Shown: positions 1 through 12,701 of the stretch, piece after piece | Position numbering within the stretch: position 1 is the stretch's first letter | How the letters are laid out: each line of letters begins with the position of its first letter | NCBI RefSeq assembly: GCF_011386835.1 | Contig: NC_088792.1 | Coordinates: 226,052,001-226,116,000 of the forward strand | DNA length: 64,000 nt | Source of the DNA: Chrysemys picta bellii | Lineage: Eukaryota | Direction of reading: 5' to 3' | Translations under genes and position numbers: made by a program | The notes under the pieces: model-generated | Database searches by the model: none | Seen by the model: the letters and a program-made list of their open reading frames with translations, nothing else | What the model was told of the DNA's origin: nothing

Positions 1-640
1 TCTGAGAGGTGCACATTTTGAAAACAAAGTTTGGCTGCTTTATTCCCTATACATCAGGTCTGTGGCAATGTAGTTTTGCATCAGCACATACAAGCATATG
101 GAAAATAAGCCCCTTACGACATTAGGGAGAAGCTATCCTCAGATGTCTCTGTAATGTAACCAAAGGTATTTAAAAATGTGCTATGTCATGAAAATGTAGC
201 GTATGGCAACTCCTGATCAGAGTTCAGCAGAAGAGCACACGGAGAGAGCTCTCTCTGGAAAAAACATCTTGCTCAATGCCATGACATCTGAACATTGCAA
301 GTACAGACCTACAGAACAATAAATAAAATGCCGACACAATATTATTTTTAATTTGAGCTTTCAAATCGATATCAGAGGTTACCTCTTCTCTTTTCATGTA
401 CATGTTGTTCAGAAACATAGAATAATATGGAAATCCCCAGAATTAAAGCACCTAAATCAGCTGACTTATGGCTGAATTACCAAAAAAGACTTTTGAAAGT
501 CTGAAATTGAAGTAATAAATAATACATATAATAATAAGAATAAGAATTAATAAATCCTTCTACTCTAGCTATGGGGTTACTTACTACACTGTTTTTGATT
601 GGAATTAGGACAGAGTTCCTGGAGACTATCCTGTTTCAAT

Positions 641-1057
641 CGGGGCCGGCTCTGGCTTTTTTGCCGCCCCAGGCAAAAAAGCCACCGGCGCCCCCCCCCC
701 CACGCGGCAGGGGAGGGCGCCAAAGGGGGGAGGACACCGGTGGCCAGAGCGCCGGGGGGAGGGTGGCGAGCCCTGGCCAGGGCTCCGCTCTCCCCGGCAG
801 CCAGAGCGCCGGGGGAGGGCGGCGAGCCCCGGCCAGGGCTCCGCTCTCCCCGGCAGCCAGAGCGCCGGGGGAGGGCGGCGAGCCCCGGCCAGGGCTCCGC
901 TCTCCCCGGCAGCCAGAGCGCCGGGGGGAGGGCGGCGAGCCCCAGCCGTGGCCCCGCTCTCCCCGGCGGCCGGAGCTGGAGCGCCGCACCGCGCCGCCCC
1001 CTTCCAGGTGCCGCCCCAAGCACAAGCTTGGTAGGCTGGTGCCTGGAGCCGGCCCTG
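641..1057. mobile_element. Non-autonomous hAT (Tip100/MER45-like termini) MITE with internal 56-bp GC-rich minisatellite
   Basis: TIR CGGGGCCGGCTC...GAGCCGGCCCTG. Exact 8-bp TSD GTTTCAAT at 633-640 and 1058-1065. About 4 tandem 56-bp units (units start at 781, 837, 893). Explains the overlapping GC-rich ORFs here. Confidence 0.9.
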
Positions 1058-4000
1058 GTTTCAATTAACTTCACACCCAGACCACTACTGCAGCCCTACA
1101 ATGATTATTGCTTTCTTTCATGGGAAAGTAAGAAATGCCAGTTGAAGAGCTGAAAAATCTGGTGAATGTTTTTATATTCTGATGTTGGAGGCTTCAAATC
1201 CAGAGCAATGGGAAACCCATGCTGAAGCCACAGGTCTGAGCTGGGGAGCAGAGCATAAGGTGAGAGGGGATATACAATGAAGCGGTCAGCACTGCATGAA
1301 GGAACTGATGGAACATCTGGAATATTATCATTCCTCAAATTAATTTGTTCTCTTTCCTGATTTTTTCCATTTCTTTTTGATATCTTTTAACTTTCTTTCT
1401 CTAATTTTCTTTCTTTCTTTTCATTTCAAAATCTTTATTTGCTTGTTCCAAAGAAGTAACAAAAACCTTTACTTTTTAAATTTGAGGCAAAAACGGTGGC
1501 TTTCTACTGGGAAAAAATAGTCATATTTTGTCTCCTGTGAGCACAGATAGAAACAATCAAAACTCATTGGATTCTTGTACTCTTACGAGTTCCCTGCTAT
1601 TCTCAAAGCAGTCATTTAAGCTCCGGTAGAAGATTCTATTCTCTAGATTTGGTCCTCTTCTAATTCCTCTAAAGAAAATGAAGTTATTTGAACCTACATT
1701 GCTTTGTGAAATAAGCAGCCGAAAAGCTCTACGCTATTTTGTTCTCTCTTTGAAGTAGGACATAAGGAAGTGCATGTGGTAAGTATACAAACACCGCTGG
1801 GTGATAAGAAACACAATTAAACCCATGAGTGATAATGAACAGATGCTTCCCTCACACAAATGCTTTTTCATATCAAATGAAATCTGGCTGTAAGATTTTA
1901 TCAATGCTAAGAGTTTACCGTTACATTTTGAGAAAAATGCGATCTACCTTGACACTGTCCCATCTGGTTATCTCCTCCTCTGGGCTTTTACCTTTGTGGG
2001 CATGTTCTTGTTTCTGTTAAACTGATTTTTCCGATCTGGGCAAAATGAAAAACAAAATGGCAGGTGACTTCTTGTGGGTCTTACAATAAACAAATCAAGT
2101 GCACATGTACTATCGGATAGAGAGCATTCCTCACTGCTTCTTACTGGCCTTATTACTTCTCTTTAACAAGTAAAGCTGACCAATAAAGACAGACACTCGG
2201 GTCAAATTGGCTGCAGCCTTTATTAATAATAAATTGAACTAAACTCAGTGCAACCCAAAGCAGTAAGTTCTTGCCAAGTACAATCTGGACCAGCATGTAT
2301 TGATAAACTGGACAGCTCTGTGCACCCATCCACCAAGGCTGGCACCATGGGCAAGTCAGACCCAGAGACTACCTGTCTGTCGTCCCCCCTGGTATGCTGG
2401 GACTTCATGCAGTCACCCCCACCCCCTAATCTGTTATTACTATTATTATTTGCATTGCAGCAGCATCTGATCAAAGCTCAGGACTCATTTTTACTAGGAA
2501 GTGTACACACTTACAGCAAACAATCCGAACCAAAGAGCTTACAATCTGTTGTAAATGGGGGGAGGGGCAGTTTGGTGCCGTGGCAAGGGCACTAGGCTGA
2601 ACTTAGGTTCTTACCCCATCTCTGCCCCTGATCTTGGGCAAATCACTTCACTGCTCTGTGCATCTGTTTCTACTCCCACCTTTGTCCATCTGGTCTGGTT
2701 TAAACTGTGAGCACCTCATGGCAGAGAAGGTCTTTTGTTATGTATTTGCAGAGTGCTGATCTTGGTTGGGGTTTCTTGGCACCACTTTGACACTAATAAC
2801 AATCATAATAATAAATGGTGAAGCCTTACCATATGGATGCTATTGTGGTAATGTCCTGTGCTGTGAGAGCAGGTTACTTTATACAGCTGCTTCTCTGGCT
2901 CATGCTTTATTGGAAAAGACACTCTTCAGCTTTGGTTTAAGTCTCTGTGAGGAGGAAAAGATAGAAAGCACATGCACTAACCCCACATGTCCTGGGTACA
3001 CATGCCCAAAATAAGCACCCCACCAGGACACAATAATTCCGGGCAGTCTGGAACAATACTCACACAGGGTATGAAACGAGCCACCAGTCTGACTTACAGA
3101 GTGCCTCTTCTCCCAACTGATCCTCTTCTTGGATCACTCCAGCTACGCCTGTGTGATTCCTGGAATTACTTGTCCTAGTCCTCCAAACAGAATAAACTCT
3201 TGTGCTTTTATTTAAGCTGGTGGTGACAGGATTATGACTTAGTAGTGAACCTCCTCATATCCCAGTCATTACCAGCTCTGGTTGCTGTGATGCGAGCCAG
3301 ATCAGTGGCACAGTGGAATCCCCCTCCTGCCTATCACAGTAAATTTACTGCTTGTGGATACTAATGCTAACTCTATTCCAGTTTTTTATCTAACAGACTC
3401 GTAAGTGCATTGGGATCAAGATATCACTATAACAGTAAGTCGCAGTATGAAACAAAACATAAATTAGAAATTACTTATGAGCTGCATAATTTACGTTGAT
3501 CAGCGTTTTCAAACATAGGCTTTTCATATTATAGAATGAAGCATAACTAATATGATGATAATTCACATGGCTGAATATAGTGCTACTGATAATAATAATA
3601 CTCAGCAGTGGGAAACTGTCAAATGCATAGCCTCAGTTCATAGCCATTATATTCTTTCATAAGCGGTTTTATTTTATTCCTTCTAGGTTTTGCTTTAACT
3701 ACTACAATATGCTTGGCACCAGTTACAAAAAAAATCCTATTTTATCTACAAATGTTATGAATTACTGCAGCAAAATTTGTCAAAATTGTATCTTATCTGT
3801 TCTACTTGGAAACTAAAACTTCTCCACCCCCACCACACCTGCTAATTCATCTTATCTAATCTGGGCTCTAACTCGATACATGATGAGCAAGAACAAGTCT
3901 ACAGGTCTTTCTTCTCTGGTGCTTACATCATGGTACCAATTTGTAAGACCCCTCCCCTCAATACATTATTAGATGTGTCTGAAGACCATATTGGGCCACA

Positions 4001-6736
4001 TTATATGTTTCTCCTTTTCTGCTGGGCACAGAAAAGGGGGAAGGGTATTAAGGTGGCTTTAAGCATGGAGGTGACTAATTCTTAATGGGAAATTAGTTTC
4101 GTTACCTGTCATTTTTGTTTCTCATACTAAGGCACCCAGTGGACTGGACATCACACCTTGTGTAGCTTGGCACTGCTAGGAAGTCATCTCAGGCTGTACC
4201 TCTTTTATCTTTGAGGTTTAGATTCCAGCCGGTGGGCCACGGCAGCACTGTCCTGAGGAGGAAGGATAGGGCCTTTGACTTTCTCCACTAGGTCCAGTGC
4301 TGGTGGAACTTTCAGCTGTAACACTGTAAATATAGATCTCTATCAGTGCATCCATAAATGGGATCTCTATCAGTGCATCCATAAATGGGAGCATCTTCTC
4401 CTTATGTTGCACATTAACTGGACTGAAGGTGGCCCTTGCTGAGGGCTAAGAAGGAAGGCTCTGTTTTGAGAACACAAGAAAATGTTCACCTTCTCTTGGA
4501 ACAGAGCTGGTGCACGGCAAGTGTTTATTGGCTTGTTTGCTGATATTTTGCCTTTCGAAGGATGCTGTTACTTGTGATGCATCAGTCCAACATTGCATTC
4601 AAAACATTCATTCTGCTTTTGGTTAATGCCTAAGCTCTCCTACACTTAGAAGCCTCTTTCTGGGCTTGATTCTATGTGCATTCAAATCAATGGCAAAACT
4701 CCCTTTGATTCCAGTGGTACAGGACAGGGCCTTTCTAAGAGATCAGCGTGGATTCAGACCTCTTGAACTGGATGTTTCCCTTAGGAAAAAATTTCTGATT
4801 ACTGTTGGAAAAAGTCTGAGTAATTTGAGAGAAACTCCCACTTGTCCTTCCCAGAGGAGCAAAACAGACCATGTGGGAAGATGATTATTCTAAATCTATG
4901 CAAATAATTCATATCAAATTATTGATTTGATGAATTGCGCCTCTTTTGCTATTTGGAAATTTACACCACAAGACCAATTTTCACAATTCTTCACCACAGA
5001 TTTCAGTTAATAGGTCTCAACCTGTAGTTTGTTCTTGGGAAGTTCATTGTGAGCGGTCAGTATTCAAACTATGTGCTCTTTTGAATGCTCACCCAGGTTA
5101 CATGATATGTTTATGTTCTCTGGTTGGACATGCATTACTCTTAAAAGGAGTTTTCTTGTGCAAATACTCATGATTACAAATTCAAAAGCCACATATTGGT
5201 CCGTATTGACATACTTGTGTTGAACATTCCTGCTATTTTGCAGAACAGTGTGGGGAGGAGGGATGCAAGCTCATACAAAATAATTGGTTTAGCAATTTCA
5301 TTGAGCTTTGGCAGAGTGTTTTTTACAACATTTAGCCAGCTTTAGATGTTCCTCTTCGAGTCCCTCTGACTCAGATATTTGTTTAACACATTATAATCTT
5401 AGCTCTACGGAGAGAGAAGTGCTGTGAGCCTGAAGCCACTCACTCAGAAGGAGGCAGAGTTGGCGTCAGGGGGAAATACTGCTGCAGTCCAGCAGAAGGA
5501 GTCTGAATTCAAGGATAATAAATAGCTATGGCCAGATCTTGCCCAGCTATGATGCCAGGCCTATGTATGAGATATTGATTCTTGACAAAGTATTTGAAAA
5601 ACTCCTGGTAACTGTAACTGTGGTGCTGGCATCTGGTCTGGATTCCTTTAGGGGAGTAACCATGAAGCGCTATGTCCCGTAATGCTCCTGTTTGCCATTT
5701 ACTATGTAAAATCTTCAGTTGATGCGGGTGATATCATTACAAAACTAAACATAGGCTCGGCCGCTGACTACGTTTGCTTTCATTTCACGTCGCTGGGCCT
5801 TGTGACAGCCTTTGCTTAGATTTTCCTGTGGCTGTGCACTGAGATTTTTTATTTTCCATCATTGCCTTTATGCAGTGACATGGATTAGCCCCAACAGCAC
5901 CACATGGGGTTTTTTACACACCCTGATGTTCACTAATTTACAATCTCATGAGTCTCATAACAAGTAAAATAATATGACTATATACATATGAAATCAAGGT
6001 CTGACACCCTATTGTGAAATTCCTGCAACCAGTATACTCATTAATGGAAATCCCCTTATTGCATGGAGAGTTCTGTAAAGAGGTTTCTGTTTACATATGC
6101 TCAAGTTCGCAGCACATTCAACAGAATCATACAGAGAAAAGGGGCCTTGCTTGTTCCTTTGCTCCTGTTCATTCCCAATCCAGCCACATTGCTTTACTCT
6201 GGGGGGAGGGACAGCAATTTTTTATTTATGTTTTTAACCTTTTTAAATTAGATTTAGCCGTCAGCATCGTACATCCTGGACCCAGTGTCCAGCCCAAGTA
6301 AGGGCCTGGGATGCTGGGTGTCTCCATAGGAATCCTCTCTCTCCAAGCCTCAGAGTGGCTCAACTGCCTTCATGTGACAGCCATTTCTTTCCAATGGCTG
6401 AAGTAGTCCTCTGGCCTTTTCCCTGGCTCAACTCTGCCTTGCCTCCAGCCAGCTCCCGGAACAATACCAGAAGATCCCACAGAGCTGGAACAACCTCTGT
6501 GCTGCCTCCTCAAAGCCAAACTTGCACATCACACAGCCACATGGGTTTCGGGGCCAGAGCAGCATCCGTGACTCCAGAGATGGGCTGGATTTGCCCGTCA
6601 GAGCTATTAGGGGTTTCCAGCACTGCGTGCTCTCCTGCTTTCACACACTAAACATATTCGGCAAAGTAATGCCATCAGGCCAGAAAAGCAAGAGAAAGGG
6701 CTTGCATCATTATGTTTGACAGAGCATATCTGCTAC

Positions 6737-6995
6737 CAGGGCTGGCTGCCGGCACCAGCGCAGCAAGCTGGTGCTTGGGGCGGCGAATGGAAAGGGGCGG
6801 CACGTCTGGGTCTTCGGCGGCAATTCAGTGGCGGATCCCTTGGTCCCTCTCGGAGGGAAGGACCTGCCGCTGAATTGCCACCGAAGAATGAAGCAGCGCA
6901 GTAGAGCTGCCGCCGAAGTACTGCCGATCACGGCTTTTTTTTTTTTTTTTTTTTTTCGCCGCTTAGGGGGGGCAAAAGCGCTGGAGCTGGCCCTG
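6737..6995. mobile_element. Non-autonomous hAT MITE (CAGGGC termini)
   Basis: Starts CAGGGCTGGCT, ends GAGCTGGCCCTG. TSD TCTGCTAC (6729-6736) / CCTGCTAC (6996-7003), 7/8. CpG-rich interior with an internal inverted repeat. Confidence 0.85.
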
Positions 6996-8296
6996 CCTGC
7001 TACTTATGCAGAAATTGAAATGATCATAACTAACCTCATGGAAAATTGCACACACACAAAGGTTGTGTGAAAAGATACATGCATCAAATGTATAAAGTAA
7101 TTTTAACACACTTTTGTGACATAAATTCCCTTTAAGAGGACTCATCAGCCACATTCTGGTAGGAGCACTTATTTGATGACAGGAATGACGATGATTAAAG
7201 TATTAGACACTAGCAAAACTTCCCCACTTCTGCAAAAAATGTTAAATCCAAGCCCTGAGGCAAAAACATTAAAAATAGGCATTTTTTTGTATGAAACCAT
7301 TTGTACAAATGAAACTAATAGGTTTTAGCTAAACCATCTGTTGGTGGAGAGGCATTAAAATGTGAAGTCACGTATGGAAGCCTCAGAGACTGCTTTTGAC
7401 TGCTAAACATTAAAAACAGAAAATCCTGTTTCTTTCCCCTCATTTATCCGTGGTTCCATACACTCACCAGAGTGCATGTTCAGGCCAATTAGCTTTGCAT
7501 TGGCAACTAAGATTATCCTTGTTTGCAGTGCTGTCTTTGCATGAAGGTTTGTGCTCCCAAAAATGCAAACCAGATTCATTTCTGGAAACTGTTCAGTGTG
7601 CTGGGGTTGGGAGGCGGGGCAGGGTTGGGGGAAGGGGGAGAAGAGCAGTTTAGGAGGGTTTTCCCCTTAAATAAACCTCCACAGGAAACTAGTACACAGA
7701 ATGACACTCACTTTTGCTTTTTCTGTTCTTGTAAAACCACGCTGTGAAACCCAAAGTTAAAATAGTACGAGTTACTGTAGTACATGAGATGATTTGTGTT
7801 TAACAGGAATTAACCAACAACTACAGCATCACTTCACTTCCTGTCCTAACTGGGGGGGCAAATTCTGATATCTTTACATAAGGCCAGATAGTTACCCCAT
7901 GACCTGCCTGGATTGTCTTCTGTCCAAGGTCTAGATCATACAACCCTTCCCTGTGAAGATCGCCCTTCCTCCCACATGTGGAGGATCAGCTGCCTCCTTG
8001 GCACAATCTCCCCTTACTCCAGAAAGTGCTATGCAGGACTGATATTTGCACAAGGCACAAAGAATTTGCATCTTGCTTTCAGGTGGCAGCTCTGTTTTGG
8101 AATTGACAGCTGGGCCAGTCCTATTCAGCCAACAGGAATACCTCACTCTTCCTGGAACACATGCACCTATTGAATCATACAGGCTTGAGAATATGTGTAC
8201 TGTTTCTTTAAATCTATAGCAGGAAGCCAAGCAAAAAGTAAGTTTGGGGGAATTCTAGGCAGAAGCTCTAAGTGAAGCAACAAGCAAGAATAGATC

Positions 8297-8621
8297 CAGT
8301 GTTGCCAACACCCATGATTTAGTTTTGAGTTCAATGAGATTTGATGTTTAATTTAAAGTCCAAGCACCTGGGGACAAGTGATTACCTGAGAATCACAGTT
8401 TCCATTTTTTTTCTTTTAAAGTGACACTTCTAGCCCTCAGAGTTGCAGAGAAAAGCTTGAAAATGTCATTTGATTGCATCTTAAAGATTAAAAAAACCAG
8501 GAGGCAAAGAAATAGACCCACCCATTTATTTTTTTAAAATCTCATGATTTTAAGCCAATCTCATGATTTTTCGGGGTGGGGTCTGACTCAGATTTTTGAA
8601 CGTTTGGGGTTGGCGATGCTC
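8297..8621. mobile_element. Old hAT-like MITE
   Basis: Starts CAGTGTTGCCAAC and ends in a degenerate inverse (GTTGGCGATGCT). Repeated AATCTCATGATTTT motifs. No clean TSD. Confidence 0.5.
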
Positions 8622-11191
8622 TACCACTGTTTGTTTCTTTCTTTTTTCTTAATAAAGTTTTTTAAGATGAAGAGAAGACGTGTAGCCTCGTGACTAAAGT
8701 AGGGGACCTCGGAACTCTTGGATTCTGACCAAGTCTGCCACTAAATTGCTCTGTGACCTTTTGCCCTAAACACTGCAGTGCTCTCAGTTTATCCTTCATC
8801 CTCAGGGTGCTGTAAAGCTTAGCTCCTTAATATTTAATGGCTTACAGATCTTTGAACCAAAGGAGCTATTGAAATATCAAGTACCACTGTGCTAATTATA
8901 CTGGTGAATACCCTTTGTTTATTTTTGAATGTATGTTGGAACGTCACATTCATATGTAAACGGTGATCAAATAGGAATCAGGAAAAAAAATTGCTCCATT
9001 AAGAAGTGGGGCATAGCCACCTAAATTCCCCTAATATAAGTACTGCATTCACAGGAGTATTACAGACTTTGCAAAGACACAAACTGCCGACTTTGTTGCT
9101 AGTGTAACTAACAAAAAGGTCAGAAGTTTGTGTCTTTGCAAAGTCTGTAATACCCCTGTTGCTTTGCAGATTTGGCATGTAACTAATATGTAAATGAACA
9201 TATCTTGGCTGTTACAATTTTTTCCCCTCAGGAACAGACAGAACATGGTCCACTTTAGTTCTACTGGCACCGGGCAGCTCAGAAAATTCTGATTCTTGCA
9301 ACCAAAATATGTAAGAACCAACTATTAACAAAAGTTTATGTTTAAAAATTGGAGCCATTTATTGTTGGGATATTGGGGAAATCTGTTTAAAATACCATCT
9401 AAAACACAATAATTGGTGACCTCATAGCTTTATAGATTTTAAGACCATGCAGGAACATTACAATAATTGTATCTGACCTGCTGCAGCATTCTGGCCATCG
9501 GATTTCACACAGTAATTCAATCATTGAGCCCAATATCTTGGGGCTGAACTAGAGCAGATCTCTTAGAAAGGCATCCAGTCTTGATTTAAAGACTCCACAT
9601 GGTAGAGAATCTATCACAGCCCATGATAAGCTCTTCCAATAGCTAATTTCCCTTAGAATTAAAAAATTGCATTTTATGTCCAGTTTGAAATGTTCTGATT
9701 TCAACCTCCACGCATGTTGTTATGAACCCTTTGGCTCTGCCTGCTGTGGGCATACCATATCTACTGGCCATAGCTATCCTAACTAGTCTTCTGGCTGGCA
9801 GCCTGGAAAATGCTAGCGTTCTAAGGGTTACTGGATTACAATTGTTCTTTGCATACAAAATTCACATCTGTTCTGACAACTTATTTCAGCCTGATGCAAC
9901 TTGAAAAGGTCGAGATTAATCCCAGCAAATCAGAGTTCTATTGGAAAGGCCAAATCAACTTTAATTGTAACACATTGGTATTGATATTGGCATTTAGCTA
10001 CAGTGGAATAGTATTCATTCCATTGGCCTTATTTGTTTGATTCTGAGCTATCAGTTATCATCTATAACAAATGCTAAACTGCCTTTTCAGTGACATCAAA
10101 AAAACCCAACAACCTATATTTTTCCTTTTACAGCTTTCCACTGACCCAAGATATACTATGTGTATGTTTTACGACTTTTGTTTATCTGCAGGCTGGGAAA
10201 GAATTGTAGATGAAAACCTTGGCTCATTTTATAAAGATTAATGGTGTTGTCTATACTTCTGCACATCATACTATTGTGTTGTCTTTATCCATGATGGCCC
10301 ACAGTGCATGTGCAAAAGCCTGAAGAAGCATTAATTTTGGAATTGTGTCTCTTATAAACCTTTGATCACAGATTCTGACAGTTTTAAAAACTCTTTGCAT
10401 ATAACAGTTGCAACCTGTGGTTTGTCTGTGTTCATGAGATGACTAACAGCATTACCCACTCTCTACATGTGGGCCATGTTCTTCTAGCACCTTTCTAACC
10501 ACCTACTGGCTTCCGGTATCTGTTATCAGCTCAGCCATCAGCCATAAACTGACATTTCAGCTTTCAGAACCCAAAAAAGTGACAGGAGGGGCAAAAGAGA
10601 CAGAGAGCAAGAGAGAAAAGGAGAGACTCATTTGGCAATACTTTGCTTTTGCTATTTGGCCTGGAGAAAGCTACTCAAAGTAGTATAAGATTGTTTAGTA
10701 ACAGCTGGCAAGCACCCGGGTGTGAGCCTGATTTTCAGATATGACAGGCACTTACAGGAATGTTGCCAGATACAGCTGTTTAAAGACTTAATAAACAGCA
10801 AGTCAATACTAATCTTTGCCAAATTAATCTTTTCCTTGACAGCCCATCAGAGCAATTATGCTCGGGCTCATTGTAAACACACAACTGTCAGTGTGCGAGG
10901 CTCCGATCTGCAGTATACTGTAGATTTGTGCACAGAGCCTTTTTTTCAGAACAGGAAGCTTTTTTTTCCTATTTTATTTTTCTAACTACCTATGTTTTTC
11001 CTTGCATTGGATCAGCGGGAATGAAATTTGCCTTATAAAGTGTCTTTCCCAGCAAACCCTTAATAGAATGTGAAATGTTGACAGTTGTAGGATCCATGTG
11101 GCTGTACATTTACGAGTAGGTTTCTTTAAGTAGGCAGTTACCATGACAGATTCTGAAATGTTCCAAGTCATCTTTCTCACTTGTCCCCTCA

Positions 11192-11437
11192 TCCTGGCCA
11201 GGTCTGTTTTCAATGACAACTTATTGCCTTTTACAAGTCATCAGAAGAGAAATGGTTGTTAATTTGCTTTAATGGAAGAAATGATCTCTGTCAGTGTCAG
11301 TTATTTTGATATCAAAGTTGGATGCCTTTGCCATGTTTGCATTATTTATCTTAGTTGTATTTTTGTAATTGATAGGTTGGTTTTGCTCCTGTATTCTTTA
11401 CCTGTCACTTGGCTCTACACATGTGACTTAGCTGAGC
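11192..11437 (+). repeat. 246-bp direct duplication, copy 1
   Basis: Aligns over its full length with 12456-12701 with only scattered substitutions and small indels. Confidence 0.95.
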
Positions 11438-11724
11438 TGAATCTATGGAGTAAGAACTACATATGAGTTGTGATTTGTTGTGCTGCTGGATAATAGCAAA
11501 CCAAAGCAAACATGAATTTGGGAAGGATTGCAAATTCTGTAATACGGGAGTGTTGATACAAAGCAAGGGCTCCATCCTTTGAGGTACTGAGTGCATCCTT
11601 TGAGGTACTGAGAGCCCTCCCCTCCCACTAACTTCAGGGACTCAGCAGCGTGAGGGATACGAGTTTTATGTTTTCTTCTATTGCCAGAAGAATCAGAGAC
11701 TAAATAAATCAAATACTTAGCTTG

Positions 11725-11740
11725 GTGAGTGAGTGAGTGA

Positions 11741-11776
<36 letters not shown>
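11725..11776. repeat. Compound (GTGA)n(GT)n microsatellite
   Basis: Directly visible. Confidence 0.98.
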
Positions 11777-11778
<2 letters not shown>

Positions 11779-12455
11779 AAAGGAGGTCACGCTTAAGGTC
11801 GATTGGTGTGTTCCATACAGCTACTTCTTGCTATCACTCTTCACTCTGTCAGCCACCTCACTGGCATTGTCCCCCTGTTCCCTCAGAGCATGTGAAGGGC
11901 ACTCCATGGGGTTGGGATATGTATGGGAGGGGTGAGTATTAAGCAGATAGGGCCAGGTAGTTGGGAGCCCAGCGCTGGATAGGGGCTGGTTGATGTGCAT
12001 TGTCCCCTCACCAGCTCTGCAGCGATTCTGTAGGAAAGATAAGCATGGTGCTGTTTTACCTTCCCAGTGAAGGCCCCTTCTGTTGGAGTCAGCAAATGGG
12101 ATGTGGGGGTTGCTCTGGGGCATGGATACACAAAGCCCTACTGTAGATGGCCCTGGCCCCTTATGCATCCAGCCAGACCTGCTGGCTTTGGAAAAATGAG
12201 GGGAGAGAAACTCTACAGTGGGTTCCTCACAGTGTTTCCCTCTCCTCCCATGGGATTTACTTTGGGAGGTATCAATCAGGCCCATTATTTGTTAAAACCC
12301 CCATTGATTTCAATGAGAGCAGGACTGGGACCCTAGTGGGTAGTGTGTCTCCAGGATGTATTGGGCAATTGCAAGTGGTGAATTCCAAAGGTTTTCCTTC
12401 TGGTAGCTCTTCCATACCTTGGGGACAATCAGATGGAGCTCATGTGTTACTATCG

Positions 12456-12701
12456 TCCTGGCCAGGTCTGTTTTCAATGACAATTTATTGCCTTTTACAA
12501 GTCATCAGAATGGAAATGGTTGTTAATTTGCTTTAATGGAAGAAATGATCTCCGTCAGTGTCTGTTATTTTGATATCAAAGTTGGATGCCTTTGCCATGT
12601 TTGCATTATTTATCTTAGTTGTATTTTTTTAATTGATAGGTTGTTTTTATTTCTGTATTCTTCACCTATCACTTGGCTCTACACATGTGCCTTAGCTGAG
12701 C
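12456..12701 (+). repeat. 246-bp direct duplication, copy 2
   Basis: Same start (TCCTGGCCAGGTCTG) and end (TTAGCTGAGC) as 11192-11437. Confidence 0.95.

Noticed and set aside
781-960. Regularly spaced direct repeats resembling a CRISPR array
   Set aside because: Units are contiguous with no unique spacers, lie inside a TIR/TSD-bounded MITE, and the DNA is eukaryotic.
571-1153. Four overlapping 140-185-aa ORFs on both strands
   Set aside because: They arise from the stop-poor GC-rich minisatellite of a MITE; the translations are low-complexity repeats. The same applies to 19231-19818 and 23340-23833.
10680-10920. Repeat-free, motif-rich stretches (also about 5640-5830 and 62880-63170) that look like conserved non-coding elements
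   Set aside because: Impression only; conservation cannot be assessed without alignments.
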